This document shows, one piece after another, positions 1-10,977 of a stretch of 64,000 bases of DNA (its first letter is position 1; every line of letters starts with the position of its first letter). Location of the stretch: NCBI GenBank assembly GCA_904063045.1, contig CAJFCJ010000013.1, forward strand, positions 974,156-1,038,155, in the 5' to 3' direction. Under the pieces are notes generated by a model. It saw nothing but the letters and a program-made list of their open reading frames with translations. It did not search any database and was not told where the DNA came from. Position numbers and translations under genes: made by a program. Origin of the DNA: Dimorphilus gyrociliatus (Eukaryota > Animalia > Annelida).

Positions 1-20
1 TTTTCGTTTTTTTTTTCTAG

Positions 21-3000
21 TAACTTTGAAGTGCCTGGTATAAAGATTTTACATATTAATGATGTACCAACTTACGTAAAAAGAAGAAGGTCGGTGCCTA
101 GAAAAAGTCACTTTAAAACATTATCTACCGAGGAAGGTAACTTTCAGTTTATTTTTTTTATGTCATTACGCTATGTTTTTTTATTGTTTAACAGGCGCCG
201 CGTCATGGCGTGGTAAAAAACGTAATAGGCCAAAGAAAAAGCCCCCGGAAACGGTGCAACAAGGGACGGCAACAAATTCAGCAACATCTAAGGCTAAAGG
301 CAAGTAATTATTAAGTATTTTATGAACTTATGATAATTTCTTTTTCTGAACAGGCAACATGGTTGGCCTACCACGTGGTAACGCGGATTCTACTCAATCA
401 ACTACCACAGCACCAAATAACGTACCAAAAGTTGTAGAAAGACTTGAAAACATTGTTGCAGAAGATTTAAGGGTGCCTAGCGTTAAAGGTAAAAATTAAA
501 TATTTTATTGATGAAGCATTATTAACTTTAACTTTAAAAAAAGTCGAAAACGCATTCTTTTTCAAATTATACAATATAATTAATATAATTTGTTTTTTTT
601 ATTACAGCGGCAAGCAAGCTTCACGATAAAGAACCTAATGATAGACCAAATAACCAAGGAAAATCTAGTAATTCGGTTACGGAACAAGCGACTGTTAACG
701 CAATAGGCAAGCTTTGGCAATTGCTTTTCATTGAAAATTATCTCATCTATTTGATTTTACAGCGTTCGGAGGGCCATGTTCTACAGCAGGTCAAAACAAA
801 GAAGTGAAAAAGCAACAAAAACCCCTAAGATCGATTCTAAAAAGAGCCAAACCGAATATTACATGCAAGCATTTTCAAATTATTCAGTACAATTATATAA
901 TTTTTACTTTTTATTACAGCAACCGAATTACCATGTAGTAATGTAGATAACAGTGAAGAAAAACGTAGTGACCCAACTATAACAACACCTGTACACTATA
1001 TTACAGGTAAGCACTCGAAATTTATCAACTATTTCATATAACTATTTTATACAAACTAAATAATATTTTTATAATACAGTAGTCCAAGCACCGCGTTGTA
1101 CGGGAGATTTCTATAAACAGCGACAAAAATTGCCGATGAGCGGAGGAAAACCAAACGCCCCGATTAGATTCTTACACAGAATAGGCAAGTGCTTACTAAT
1201 TATTTCAAGTAATAGTACAATTTGAACTTTTTTATAGTGAATCCATTACTAGTCTGTAGTACATCTGCAAACGAACATTGCCTTGAAAACTCTTACAAAT
1301 TACAAATTAATCATGGCAAACGAAGGGTATCATGGGCAGTACCATTGGCAAATTTTTCGACAGGTAAATATTTACCAGTTTTTCATGTTTATCTCATGAT
1401 GTTTTTTTTTATATCAAATTACAATTCTTTAATGCAGATCTAAACGAACGTACTGATAAAGGACCAAACAATATACCGGACAGAACTGGAAAACCTAATG
1501 AATCGACTACCATGACAACGGGACCACACACCGTAGGCAAGTATTTACAAATTATTACAAGCAACTATCTTTACTTAATATTTCCTAATATAGTTATCAC
1601 CGTATCCGATTTAAACGAAGGTCCAAATGTACCCTCTAATATAAAGTCTAACAATGCATCAAATAGAACAGAGAGGCTTGATAAACAGATTGCTACAGGC
1701 AAATATTTACATATTATTAAAAGTCAATTACATAACCTATATTTTACAGTGCCGGCTTCTAATGCAGATCTAAATGAACATGATAGTAATGCTCCCAACA
1801 ATATACCAAACAGACCAGGAATTCTTGATAAACCAGTTGCAAATAATGCGACACCTTACGCTACAAGTAAGTATTTAAACATTATTTCAAACAATTACGT
1901 AATCTTGTCTTTTTCATACAGTAGTCGAATTTAAACGTGACACAATTTCAAATGAACATGTACCTAGTACACCTACAGCTAATAAATTAGCATCAAATGC
2001 TTTGTGTAAGTATTTACAAATTAATATTTGCAGCTATGTGGTATTGTTTTCAATATAGTGCTTCGAAGACCATGTTGTGAAAAACCTAAAATTGGATCTC
2101 ATAATCTGGATGGATCTATGGATTTACTTTCACAAGCAATGGCAATCTGTTCCATAGGTTAGCATTTACAAATTGCTTCGTACAACTGTATAATATTTAT
2201 TTTTATGTTTTAGTACCCTCGGATGAAGAAGCCGATGGGTACGAGGCTGGTAATGAAGACCTGCCAAGGGAGCAGATTGCAGGAACAGATGAAGTTAATC
2301 CTAGGAGTAAGTACTTGTAAATTATTTCATACAATTATATTATCTATTCTTTTGCGCTACAGCCATCCAGATTATGAGATCCAAACCCGATTCAAACAGA
2401 TATTCTAATGGGGAAACGAACAGTACATCACAGAATCAGACCCAAAGAGAATCCAGTTCTTCAACCACCCGAAACGTGTCTACTAATGTTTTGTGTAAGT
2501 ATCTACAAAATAGTTTGAATAACTACATGAACTTACTTTTGTATTACAGTATCCAAAATAGCACATTTTATAGCAAAACAGTGCAGACGTGGGTCGAATG
2601 AACTGGAAAGAACTATTGCCAAAAACATAAGCAAGTGTTTACTAGTTAATTTATACAAGTGCATAATCATTCTTTTGTGATACAGTACTGCAGATGGCGT
2701 ATTTTGTAGCAAGTAGAAACATATCCAACAAAACGAACAATAGACAAGAAAATATTTCGAATACAACATGCAAGTATTTACAAGTTATTTCAAATAATTA
2801 TACAATCGTTCGTTTTTATTACAGTTGCTCAATTAGTAAATTATATCGAAAATCAAAAAATGCGTGCTAATAGTATTTCGAACGAGCAAGGACAACCAAA
2901 TCAGCCAAGTCAAAATATAATGGCTAATGTTAAATGTAGGTATTTAAAAATTGTTTCATACAACTATATTATCTTTCTTTTGTAATGCAACCAGCCGAAG

Positions 3001-6000
3001 TGGTAAATCAAAAAGAAACTTCAAATAGGAATACGCCTAATGGACCAAAACGACCAAATACTGAAACAGCAACTGCCAATGCTACCCGTAGGTATTTACT
3101 GATTATATCGAAACAATTGTACAACTTTTCTCTTATCATTCGATAAGGTCAAAACACACTTTCTAAAGAGCCAAAAATCCAGGCCAGTCAAAATACGCCA
3201 ATTACAGAACCAATGACGCCTAATAATGATATGGGTATGGGCAAGTATTCACTTATTGTTTCTTACAATAATTTGATCTTTTCTTTATTTAATAGTTAAA
3301 ATCTCTTGCTCTGATTTAAACACAAAGGAACTACTCTATGAAAGTCCCAACGATTTACTAAATAGCCAAGATGAGACTGCCGAAAAAAGACACGATCTGA
3401 GGTCTGATGAAACTGAGTAAGTTTTATTTTATACATTTGCCAAAAATAAGCAAATATTAGAAATGTAATCTATAAGAAGGAAGGAAAAATTATTGATAAA
3501 TTATTTTATATAATATCTTAACTAAATTGCTAATGCTTTTACAGGATCGAGAGCGAAACAGGAGTAATTGGCCAAGTTCAGGTTGTCGAGAGAATATCAA
3601 ATAGAGGGGATAAAGAACAGAACCCAACAAATTCTCTCGAGAAAAATGCCAAAACGCCTATAAGTAATGAGAAAAAAGAAATTCGAAACCAACTAGAAAA
3701 GCGATCCCGTCAAGTGTTGATATCAGAAAATGAAGAAAAAGATTGTAGAGTTTTGGAAGGAGCTGAAGGCCGGAGACAGCAAATTTTGGAAAAACAATTA
3801 AAACGAATAAAGAAAGAGATAAAACGACTTAAAAAAAAGCAATACGTGCGGAAGGAGGAAGACAGATGTCAATTGATGCAAACAGTAGAAAACGATAAAA
3901 AACAACAGATACATGAAAAGGAGAGTGTTGATCATCATATAGACAGAGGTTCAAAACGGGAAGAAGTAAATCGTCAACAAATAAAACTAGAGGAAGAGAA
4001 AGAAAGCACTCTTGAACAGAGAGAAGGAGGGCGAAGTGATATAGAGTATGCGCGAAGAATGATTTTGATAGAAAAATTACGGGAACCAGAACACACAAGT
4101 CAAAATCAAAACGGAGAAAAGGGCAAGGTCCAAAGAAACACAGACCCTGGAGCTTTTGCTAAATACTTGGAAGAGATGAAAGCCTCCAAAGAGAAAAAGA
4201 TAGAAAAAGTACGCGATGCAAAACGTAGAAGCTTACTAAAGCAAAAGGAGGAATACATGAGGCGCCAACAAATCGTAAAAGAACAACTTCTGCGTCGTGA
4301 AAAAGAAAATCCTGAACTAATGCAAAAAGAAAGAAGCTGTTCTATACACATGGCAGAGATGGAAAATCAGCGAAAACTGAGACAGAAAGAAAGAGATCGT
4401 AAGAGGAAATCTGATGAAAAAGTCCCAGCTGAAGTAGAACTTAATGCAAAATTCAGGTGCTTACGAAATACAAAGGGAGAAAACATTGGTCGCCAACAAA
4501 TGGAAAATGATCAACAGCTATGTCCTGAGCATAAAAAACTAAATCAAAAACACTTTGACGCAGAAGAGAGCGACAAGCAAAAGTACCCTGAACGGGCAAA
4601 ATCTGACGAGATAAGCGAACAGGAGCTTCATGACGTAGCAGACGGCGATGAAGAGTATCCTGATCGAGCAAAGTCTGACAAAATAAGCGAACAAGAAAAT
4701 CATGATCTGGCAGAGAGTAATGATCAGAGCGATGAAGAATATACTGATCGAGCAAAATCTGGTAAACAGAGCGCACAAGAATATCATGACGCGTCAGAGA
4801 CTGATGATCAAAGTGACGAAGAATATCTTGAACAAGCAAAATCTGACGAGATAAGCGAAGAAGAAAATCATGATCTGGTAGAGAGTGATGATCAAAGCGA
4901 TGAAGAATATCTTGAACAAGCAAAATCTGACGAGATAGACGAAGAAAATCATGATCTGGCAGAAACTGATGATCAGAGCGATGAAGAATATACTAATCGA
5001 GCAAAATCTGGTGAGCAGAGCGCACAAGAACACCATATCGTGTCAGAGACTGATGATCAAAGTGATGAAGAATATCTTGAACAAGTAAAATCTGACGAGA
5101 TAAGCGAAGAAGAAAATCATGATCTGGCAGAGAGTGATGATCAAAATGATGAAGAATATCTTGAACAAGCAAAATCTGGCGAGATAAGCAAAGAAGAAAA
5201 TCATGATCTGGTAGAGACTGATGATCAAAATGATGAAGAATATCTTGAACAAGCAAAATCTGGCGAGATAAGCAAAGAAGAAAATCATGATCTGGTAGAG
5301 ACTGATGATCAAAGCGATGAAGAATATCCTGAACGAGCAAAATCTGGCGAGATAGACGAAGAAAATCATGATCTGGTAGAGACTGATGATCAAAGCGATG
5401 AAGAATATCCTGAACGAGCAAAATCTGGCGAGATAAGCGAACAAGAAATTTATATGGCAGAGAGTGACGATCGAAGCAACGAAAATCATTTTGAACGAGC
5501 AAAATTTGGTGAGCATAAAAAAACAGAATATCCTGAGCTAGCAAAATTGGATGAGCAAAGAGATAAAGTACATATTGGAGTAGGAATATTTGACGAATAT
5601 ATTAAAACAGAACCTCATGACGTAGAAGAGAGCGATGATCAAAGCGAGAAACAATATCGTAAACGTGCAAAATTTGATAACCAAATCGATGAAGAATATC
5701 CTGTACTAGCAAAACTTCCCAAATCTAGCAAACCAGCAAACCATTACGGAACGCAAACGGATGAGCAGAGCGAGAAAGTATTTCCTGGAACAGCAATAAC
5801 TGACCAAAGCAGTAATCAGGAGCATCGTCGCATGGCAAAGGGCAATGAGCAAAAGGAGAAAAAATGTCATGGACTAGCAGAATTTGCTAGATTTAAGCAA
5901 TATCAAATAGATCGCATTAAAGAGAGAGAGGAGCAAAGTCAGAAAGAATATTCTATACGAGCAAAACTTGCGGCACAAAGAGAGAAAGAAAAACTTGGAC

Positions 6001-8255
6001 TAACAAGAATTGACCAAAGCAGTAATCAAGAACATCGTCACATGGCAAAGAGCGATGAGCAAAAGGAAAAAGAACATCCTGAACTAGACAGATTTGGCAG
6101 ATTTCAAAAATATCAACTGCATCGCATAAAAATGTCTGATGACGAAAGTCAGAAAGATTATCGTGTTCGAACAAAACTTGCAGCACAAAGAGAGAAAGAA
6201 AAACTTGGACTAACAAGAATTGACCAAAGCAGTAATCAAGAACATCCTCACGTGGCAAAAAGCGATGAGAGAAAGGAGAAAGAACATCTCGGACTAGAAA
6301 AATTTGGCAGATTTCAAAAATATCAACTGCATCGCATAAAAATGTCTGATGACGAAAGTCAGAAAGAATATTCAGTACAGGCAAAACATGCAGCACAAAG
6401 AGAGAAAGAAAATCCGGGACCAGCAAGAACTGCCCAAAGAAGTAATCAGAAACATCGTCACATGGCAAAGAGTAATGAGCAAAAGGAGAAGAAATATCAT
6501 GAACAAGCAGAATTTGCTAGATTTAAGCAATATCAGCTGAATCGCATGAAAGAAAGAGAGAAGCAAAATCAGAAAGAATACTCTGTACGAGAAAAACTTG
6601 CCGCACAAAGAGAGAAAGCAAATCCTGGACCAGCAAGAATTGATCAGTGCAGTAATCAAGAACTTCGAAACGTGGCAAAGAGTAATGAGCAAACGGAAAA
6701 AGAACATCCTGGACTAGCAAGATTTTCCAGATTTCAAAAATATCAACTACATCGCATAAAAATGTCTGATGACGAAAGTCAGAAAGAATATTGTGTTCGA
6801 GCAAAACTTGCAGCACAAAGAGAGAAAGAAAATCCTGGACCAGAAAGAACAGACCAAAGTAGTAATCAGGAACATCGTCACATGGCAAAGAGCGATGAGC
6901 AAAAGAAAAAAGAACATCCTGGATTAGCAGAATTTGCTAGATCTAAGCAATATCAAATACATCGCATGAAAGAGAGGGAGAAGCAAAATCAGAAAGAATA
7001 TTCTGTTCTAGCACAACCTGCCACGCAAAGAGAGAAAGAAAATCCTGGACCAGCAAGAATTGACCTATGCAGTAATCAGGAACATTATCACGTGACGGAG
7101 AATGATGAGCAAAAGGAGAAAGAACATCCTGGACTAGAAAGATTTGGCAGATTTCAAAAATATCAACTGCATCGCATAAAAATGTCTGATGACGAAAGTC
7201 AGAAAGATTATCGTGTTCGAACAAAACTTGCAGCACAAAGAGAGAAAGAAAAACTTGGACTAACAAGAATTGACCAAAGCAGTAAACAAGAACATCGTCA
7301 CATGGCAAAGAGCGATGAGCAAAAGGAAAAAGAACATCCTGAACTAGACAGATTTGGCAGATTTCAAAAATATCAACTGCATCGCATAAAAATGTCTGAT
7401 GACGAAAGTCAGAAAGAATATTCAGTACAGGCAAAACATGCAGCACAAAGAGAGAAAGAAAATCCGGGACCAGTAAGAACTGCCCAAAGCAGTAATCAGG
7501 AACATCGTCACATGGCAAAGAGTAATGAACAACAGGAGAAAGAATATCCTAGACAAACGAGATTTTCCAGATTTAACAAATATGATCATCATTGCGTGAG
7601 AGAAAGTGATGAGCAAAGTCGGCCAAAATATCCTGTACGAGCAAGGTTTGCCGAGGAAATACGAAAACAATATCTTAAACCAACTACTTATGACCCATTC
7701 AATAATCAAGAACTTCGTAATGTGGCAGAGAGCGATGGGCAAAGGCGGAATGAATATCCTGGAGAAGCAAGATTTGACCAATTCATGAATCAAGAACACC
7801 GTCATATAGGAGAGAACCATGAGCAAAAGGAGAAAGAACATCCTGGACTAGCAAGATTTTCCAGATTTAGTAAACAACTACATCGTTACGAAGCTCAGAG
7901 CGATGAGCAAACGCAGAGAGAATATTCTGCACGAGCAAAATTGATTGAGCAAAGAGATAAAGTGCATCTTGGAGTAGGAAGATTTGCGAAATACATTAAA
8001 AAGGAACCCAGTGACGTAATAGATAGCGATGAGCAAAGTGAGAAACAATATCGTAAATGTGAAAAATTTGATGAGCAAATCGATGAAGAGTGTCCTAGAG
8101 CAGGAAGATTTAGCCAATTCACGAATCCAGAAAATCGTCACGTAGTAGAGAGGGAGGAGCAAAGCGAGAAAGAATATTGTGAACGTTCAAAATTTGATGA
8201 AGAAAGCGATGAAGAATATCCTGTACTAGCCAGATTTTCCTTCAATGTTGAGTGA
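21..8255 (+). CDS. Multi-exon gene (5' end outside window) for a very large, low-complexity, charged and probably disordered repeat protein
   Basis: Hand-spliced exons 21-136, 195-299, 354-488, 608-706, 763-864, 920-1006, 1080-1184, 1238-1363, 1438-1536, 1594-1698, 1750-1866, 1922-2005, 2059-2157, 2214-2306, 2363-2494, 2550-2630, 2686-2769, 2825-2935, 2995-3087, 3148-3240, 3296-3416 and 3545-8255 give one stop-free frame that joins the 1513-aa ORF at 3714. No recognisable globular domain. Confidence 0.8.
195..3416 (+). repeat. Tandem array of homologous exon-intron units (about 140-190 bp each)
   Basis: Introns share a consensus of roughly GYAAGTATTTACAAATTATTTCA...CAACTAT...TTTTATTACAG. The 19 exons from 195 to 3240 are all multiples of 3 (81-135 nt) and phase 1-1. 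Confidence 0.8.
4570..5500 (+). repeat. Coding tandem repeat, acidic 27-28 aa unit (DEEYLEQAKSDEISEEENHDLVESDDQS), about 11-12 copies
   Basis: Directly visible in DNA (81-84 bp period) and in the translation. Confidence 0.95.
5800..7690 (+). repeat. Coding tandem repeat, 70-aa (210 bp) unit, about 9 copies
   Basis: Unit starts near 5802, 6012, 6222, 6432, 6642, 6852, 7062, 7272 and 7482 (210-bp period; QSSNQEHRHMAKSDEQKEKEHP...). Confidence 0.95.
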
Positions 8256-8339
8256 AGAGGAAATAGAGCCTAAGAGTTTGTTTTAAAGAGAAGCAGAAGA
8301 CAAATCATTGTCGGAGTGAACAACAGAATACCAGCGAAC

Positions 8340-8651
8340 ATGAGAGAAAAATATCTGAATGTACTGCTTTACTGTGAGGTTATTTGAGTTGAGATTTTCT
8401 TTTTAAACAAGTGCCATAAAATCCATAATTTTTAAAGTCTTTTTTTTTAGATTTTAGAAGAGCCAACCGAGAATATTTGCAGACTAAACTTCGCTTCTGA
8501 ACCAAGAGAAATGAAAGAGAAAGTACTTCACTATGTAGAACATAATTTTCCGAAGTTTTTGAAGAAGTCTACTGAAGCGAAGAAAAGAATGTTAAAACTA
8601 TATATCAAGCTTTTATTGAATACACATCCTAAAAGTACAGCCGAAGGCTGA
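8340..8651 (+). CDS. Two-exon coding segment (8340-8378, 8451-8651): an alternative C-terminus of the upstream gene or a separate 79-aa ORF
   Basis: Donor at 8379 (GAG|GTTATT) and strong acceptor at 8450 (T-run+AG). Phase-0 join gives MREKYLNVLLYCE-ILEEPTENICRLNF...STAEG*. Same frame as the giant exon but separated from it by TGA 8253 and TAA 8271. Confidence 0.5.
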
Positions 8652-10332
8652 ACTATGGAAAGTGATCGAAAGAGGAATGCCTCTTATTTGACTTACAATA
8701 GCAGTACTAACCAGAATGTAAACGATAGAAGGCCAAAGCCCATAATCTTTGTCCTCCGTGATATTTTACTATTTGTTTGGGGTATAGTTGCTTAACTAAA
8801 TAGCTTTTTAGAGTAAACTTTTGTCGTTAAATAATATTGTAAATGACTATAATTGTACTAATTCTGTAACTATAATCTCAAGATATTATATTATTGCGAT
8901 TATTATATTACCGATCTCTGCATGTATATCATTCTACCAATACACTAATTTTTTGTTCTAATTTTTATTAGTTCTAATTGAAAAGTTGTTCGTTTAGACG
9001 CGAATACAGGAAAGATAAAACTAGTCCTACCAAATGTACAATTCTCAGACACCGCTGTTATTTCTATACCTACAATGATGATCTAGTTAATAGAATTTTT
9101 TAAACGATGGCAATGTACAAGAAAGCAGTCTTTGTTAGAAAAAAAATGTTATTCATCTAATACCGTTAAGATAAATGATAGTGCTTAATTAATTCCTTCA
9201 TTTTCACGCATAGACAAGAGATTATCGTACAAATGAAAATAGGATGATAACATGCTGTCCGTTTAATTAAACTAATTTAAGAAATTGTCTTAAGATATTA
9301 ATTTAGTTTTTAGTGATGAAAAACTTTTATGCCTTATTATCCAGTCTTCATTTGATAGATACCTATCGACGGTATTATGTCGATATCCCATTGAGACTCG
9401 AAACTAATGTTTGTCAAACAAGTACGAAATGTTGTGGTCATATTCAATCCGTCAGATTTTTATTTATTGTTAATAAAGAAAGTCAACAAAACAGACGTCT
9501 ATTATCTTTTGTTTAGCCGGTATTTACACACAAAGTTCAAATAAAATCGGAGGATGAACGCTGAAAAGTTATCATCATCTCCTGTGGGCTAATACGCCAG
9601 TGCAACAACCCTAAACGTTTTAAAATTATAACTTTACTACTTAAAGACAGATGGCGCAACATGATATTAAAAATATTGATAGGATTGATAAAGAATAGAT
9701 TTGAAAAGTAACAGAAAATTGAACATTAATTGTGACTAATTGCTTAAGAAGCGCATATCGCCCGTACTGTTCATGTATATCTTCAATAAAGTTATTCTGG
9801 TAGAAACCGATTTTTTCAAATATTTAATTGTATTGTTAGAAATTAGATCAATAAACTTGATCATTTTGTCATTTTATTCTCTTCCCTTTTACAACAGCGG
9901 TTTCACTCTCTTCCTAACTTGTCAAATAATTTCCGCCTAATCGAACGGTGGATCGAGTCTCGCCGTAGTTTTTTGGTCGATGAATTATGATCGAAAGAAA
10001 AGAGAAGGAGAGAGATAGGGAGTTGTTATATTCATATCTTAATAAAGCCTAATCCGTTTATAGGCCTTTTAACTGTTATTTTTTTAATTAGAGAATTATG
10101 AACATTCGCTTTCCAATCTAAAAAAACCCAAAAGATGTAATTTTTTTTGCATAGCTAAACCGCAAGAGAATAGTCACGTGATATTATGTTAAAAAATAGA
10201 GTGGCCAGAGTGAATAAAAACGAAAGAGGGAAGTTGGTAGAAGAGAGACAGAGAGAGAAAATGAGTAATGTGTTTTGAAGTTTTATGTATTTATTTGACC
10301 TTTTTAAACAAAAATCATTAAACTGTATATTT

Positions 10333-10722
10333 TTACTTCACTAATATCTTATCAAGCATGGCAACAACGTCTCTAAGAGATTGCAATAAATCAGTCGCAA
10401 CTTCCTTGTCCTCAATAACCGTTTCCATCTTTTTGCAAAATTTATCGAGGCCTGCCTCCGTATTCGCTTTATTGGCTTCTCTTTTACGTTGGCATTGTCT
10501 TTTGCTGTATTCCTTGACCCTCAATTTTCTTCGCAGCTTTCGCGTGCCTTCCAGTCTATATTCGCGCCTTCTTTCCGCGTTCTGCCTCTCTTCAGCTTCA
10601 CGAAGCATCCTTATCGCATTCTCGACTTTTAACTGTTGGCTATAGAAGCGAGTCCTTGGAGGAATCCTAGGATTCGTTCGCAGATAAGTTCTCTTTGTTG
10701 GATTCGTTGGAGCCTGGGCCAT
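10333..10722 (-). CDS. 129-aa Arg/Lys-rich helical protein of unknown function
   Basis: ATG-initiated single-exon ORF, more GC-rich than its flanks, with protein-like coiled-coil composition. No family recognised. Confidence 0.5.
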   Translation of the reverse strand: MAQAPTNPTKRTYLRTNPRIPPRTRFYSQQLKVENAIRMLREAEERQNAERRREYRLEGTRKLRRKLRVKEYSKRQCQRKREANKANTEAGLDKFCKKMETVIEDKEVATDLLQSLRDVVAMLDKILVK

Positions 10723-10977
10723 TGCCGATGTTCGAATAAACTAAAACCAGAGTTCAACCAACAGTAACTGCTCAATTATTCCAACTCTACATCTACAAAG
10801 TTAATTTTACTCAAATTGAATTGTAATCATCACACCAAATTTGGATGATAGATATAGGCTTATCAAATAACTTTAATATTCATAATATTGCAAATAGGTT
10901 TACCGTTAACCTATCTAAATTTTCAAAACTATCTTTCAATAACTAAAACAAGGAAGGAACGGGAAAGTCTTTTTTTT

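Noticed and set aside
4453-8162. Many minus-strand and off-frame ORFs over the giant exon
   Set aside because: Antisense shadows of the repeat-rich coding exon; they carry the same periodicity and no independent signals.
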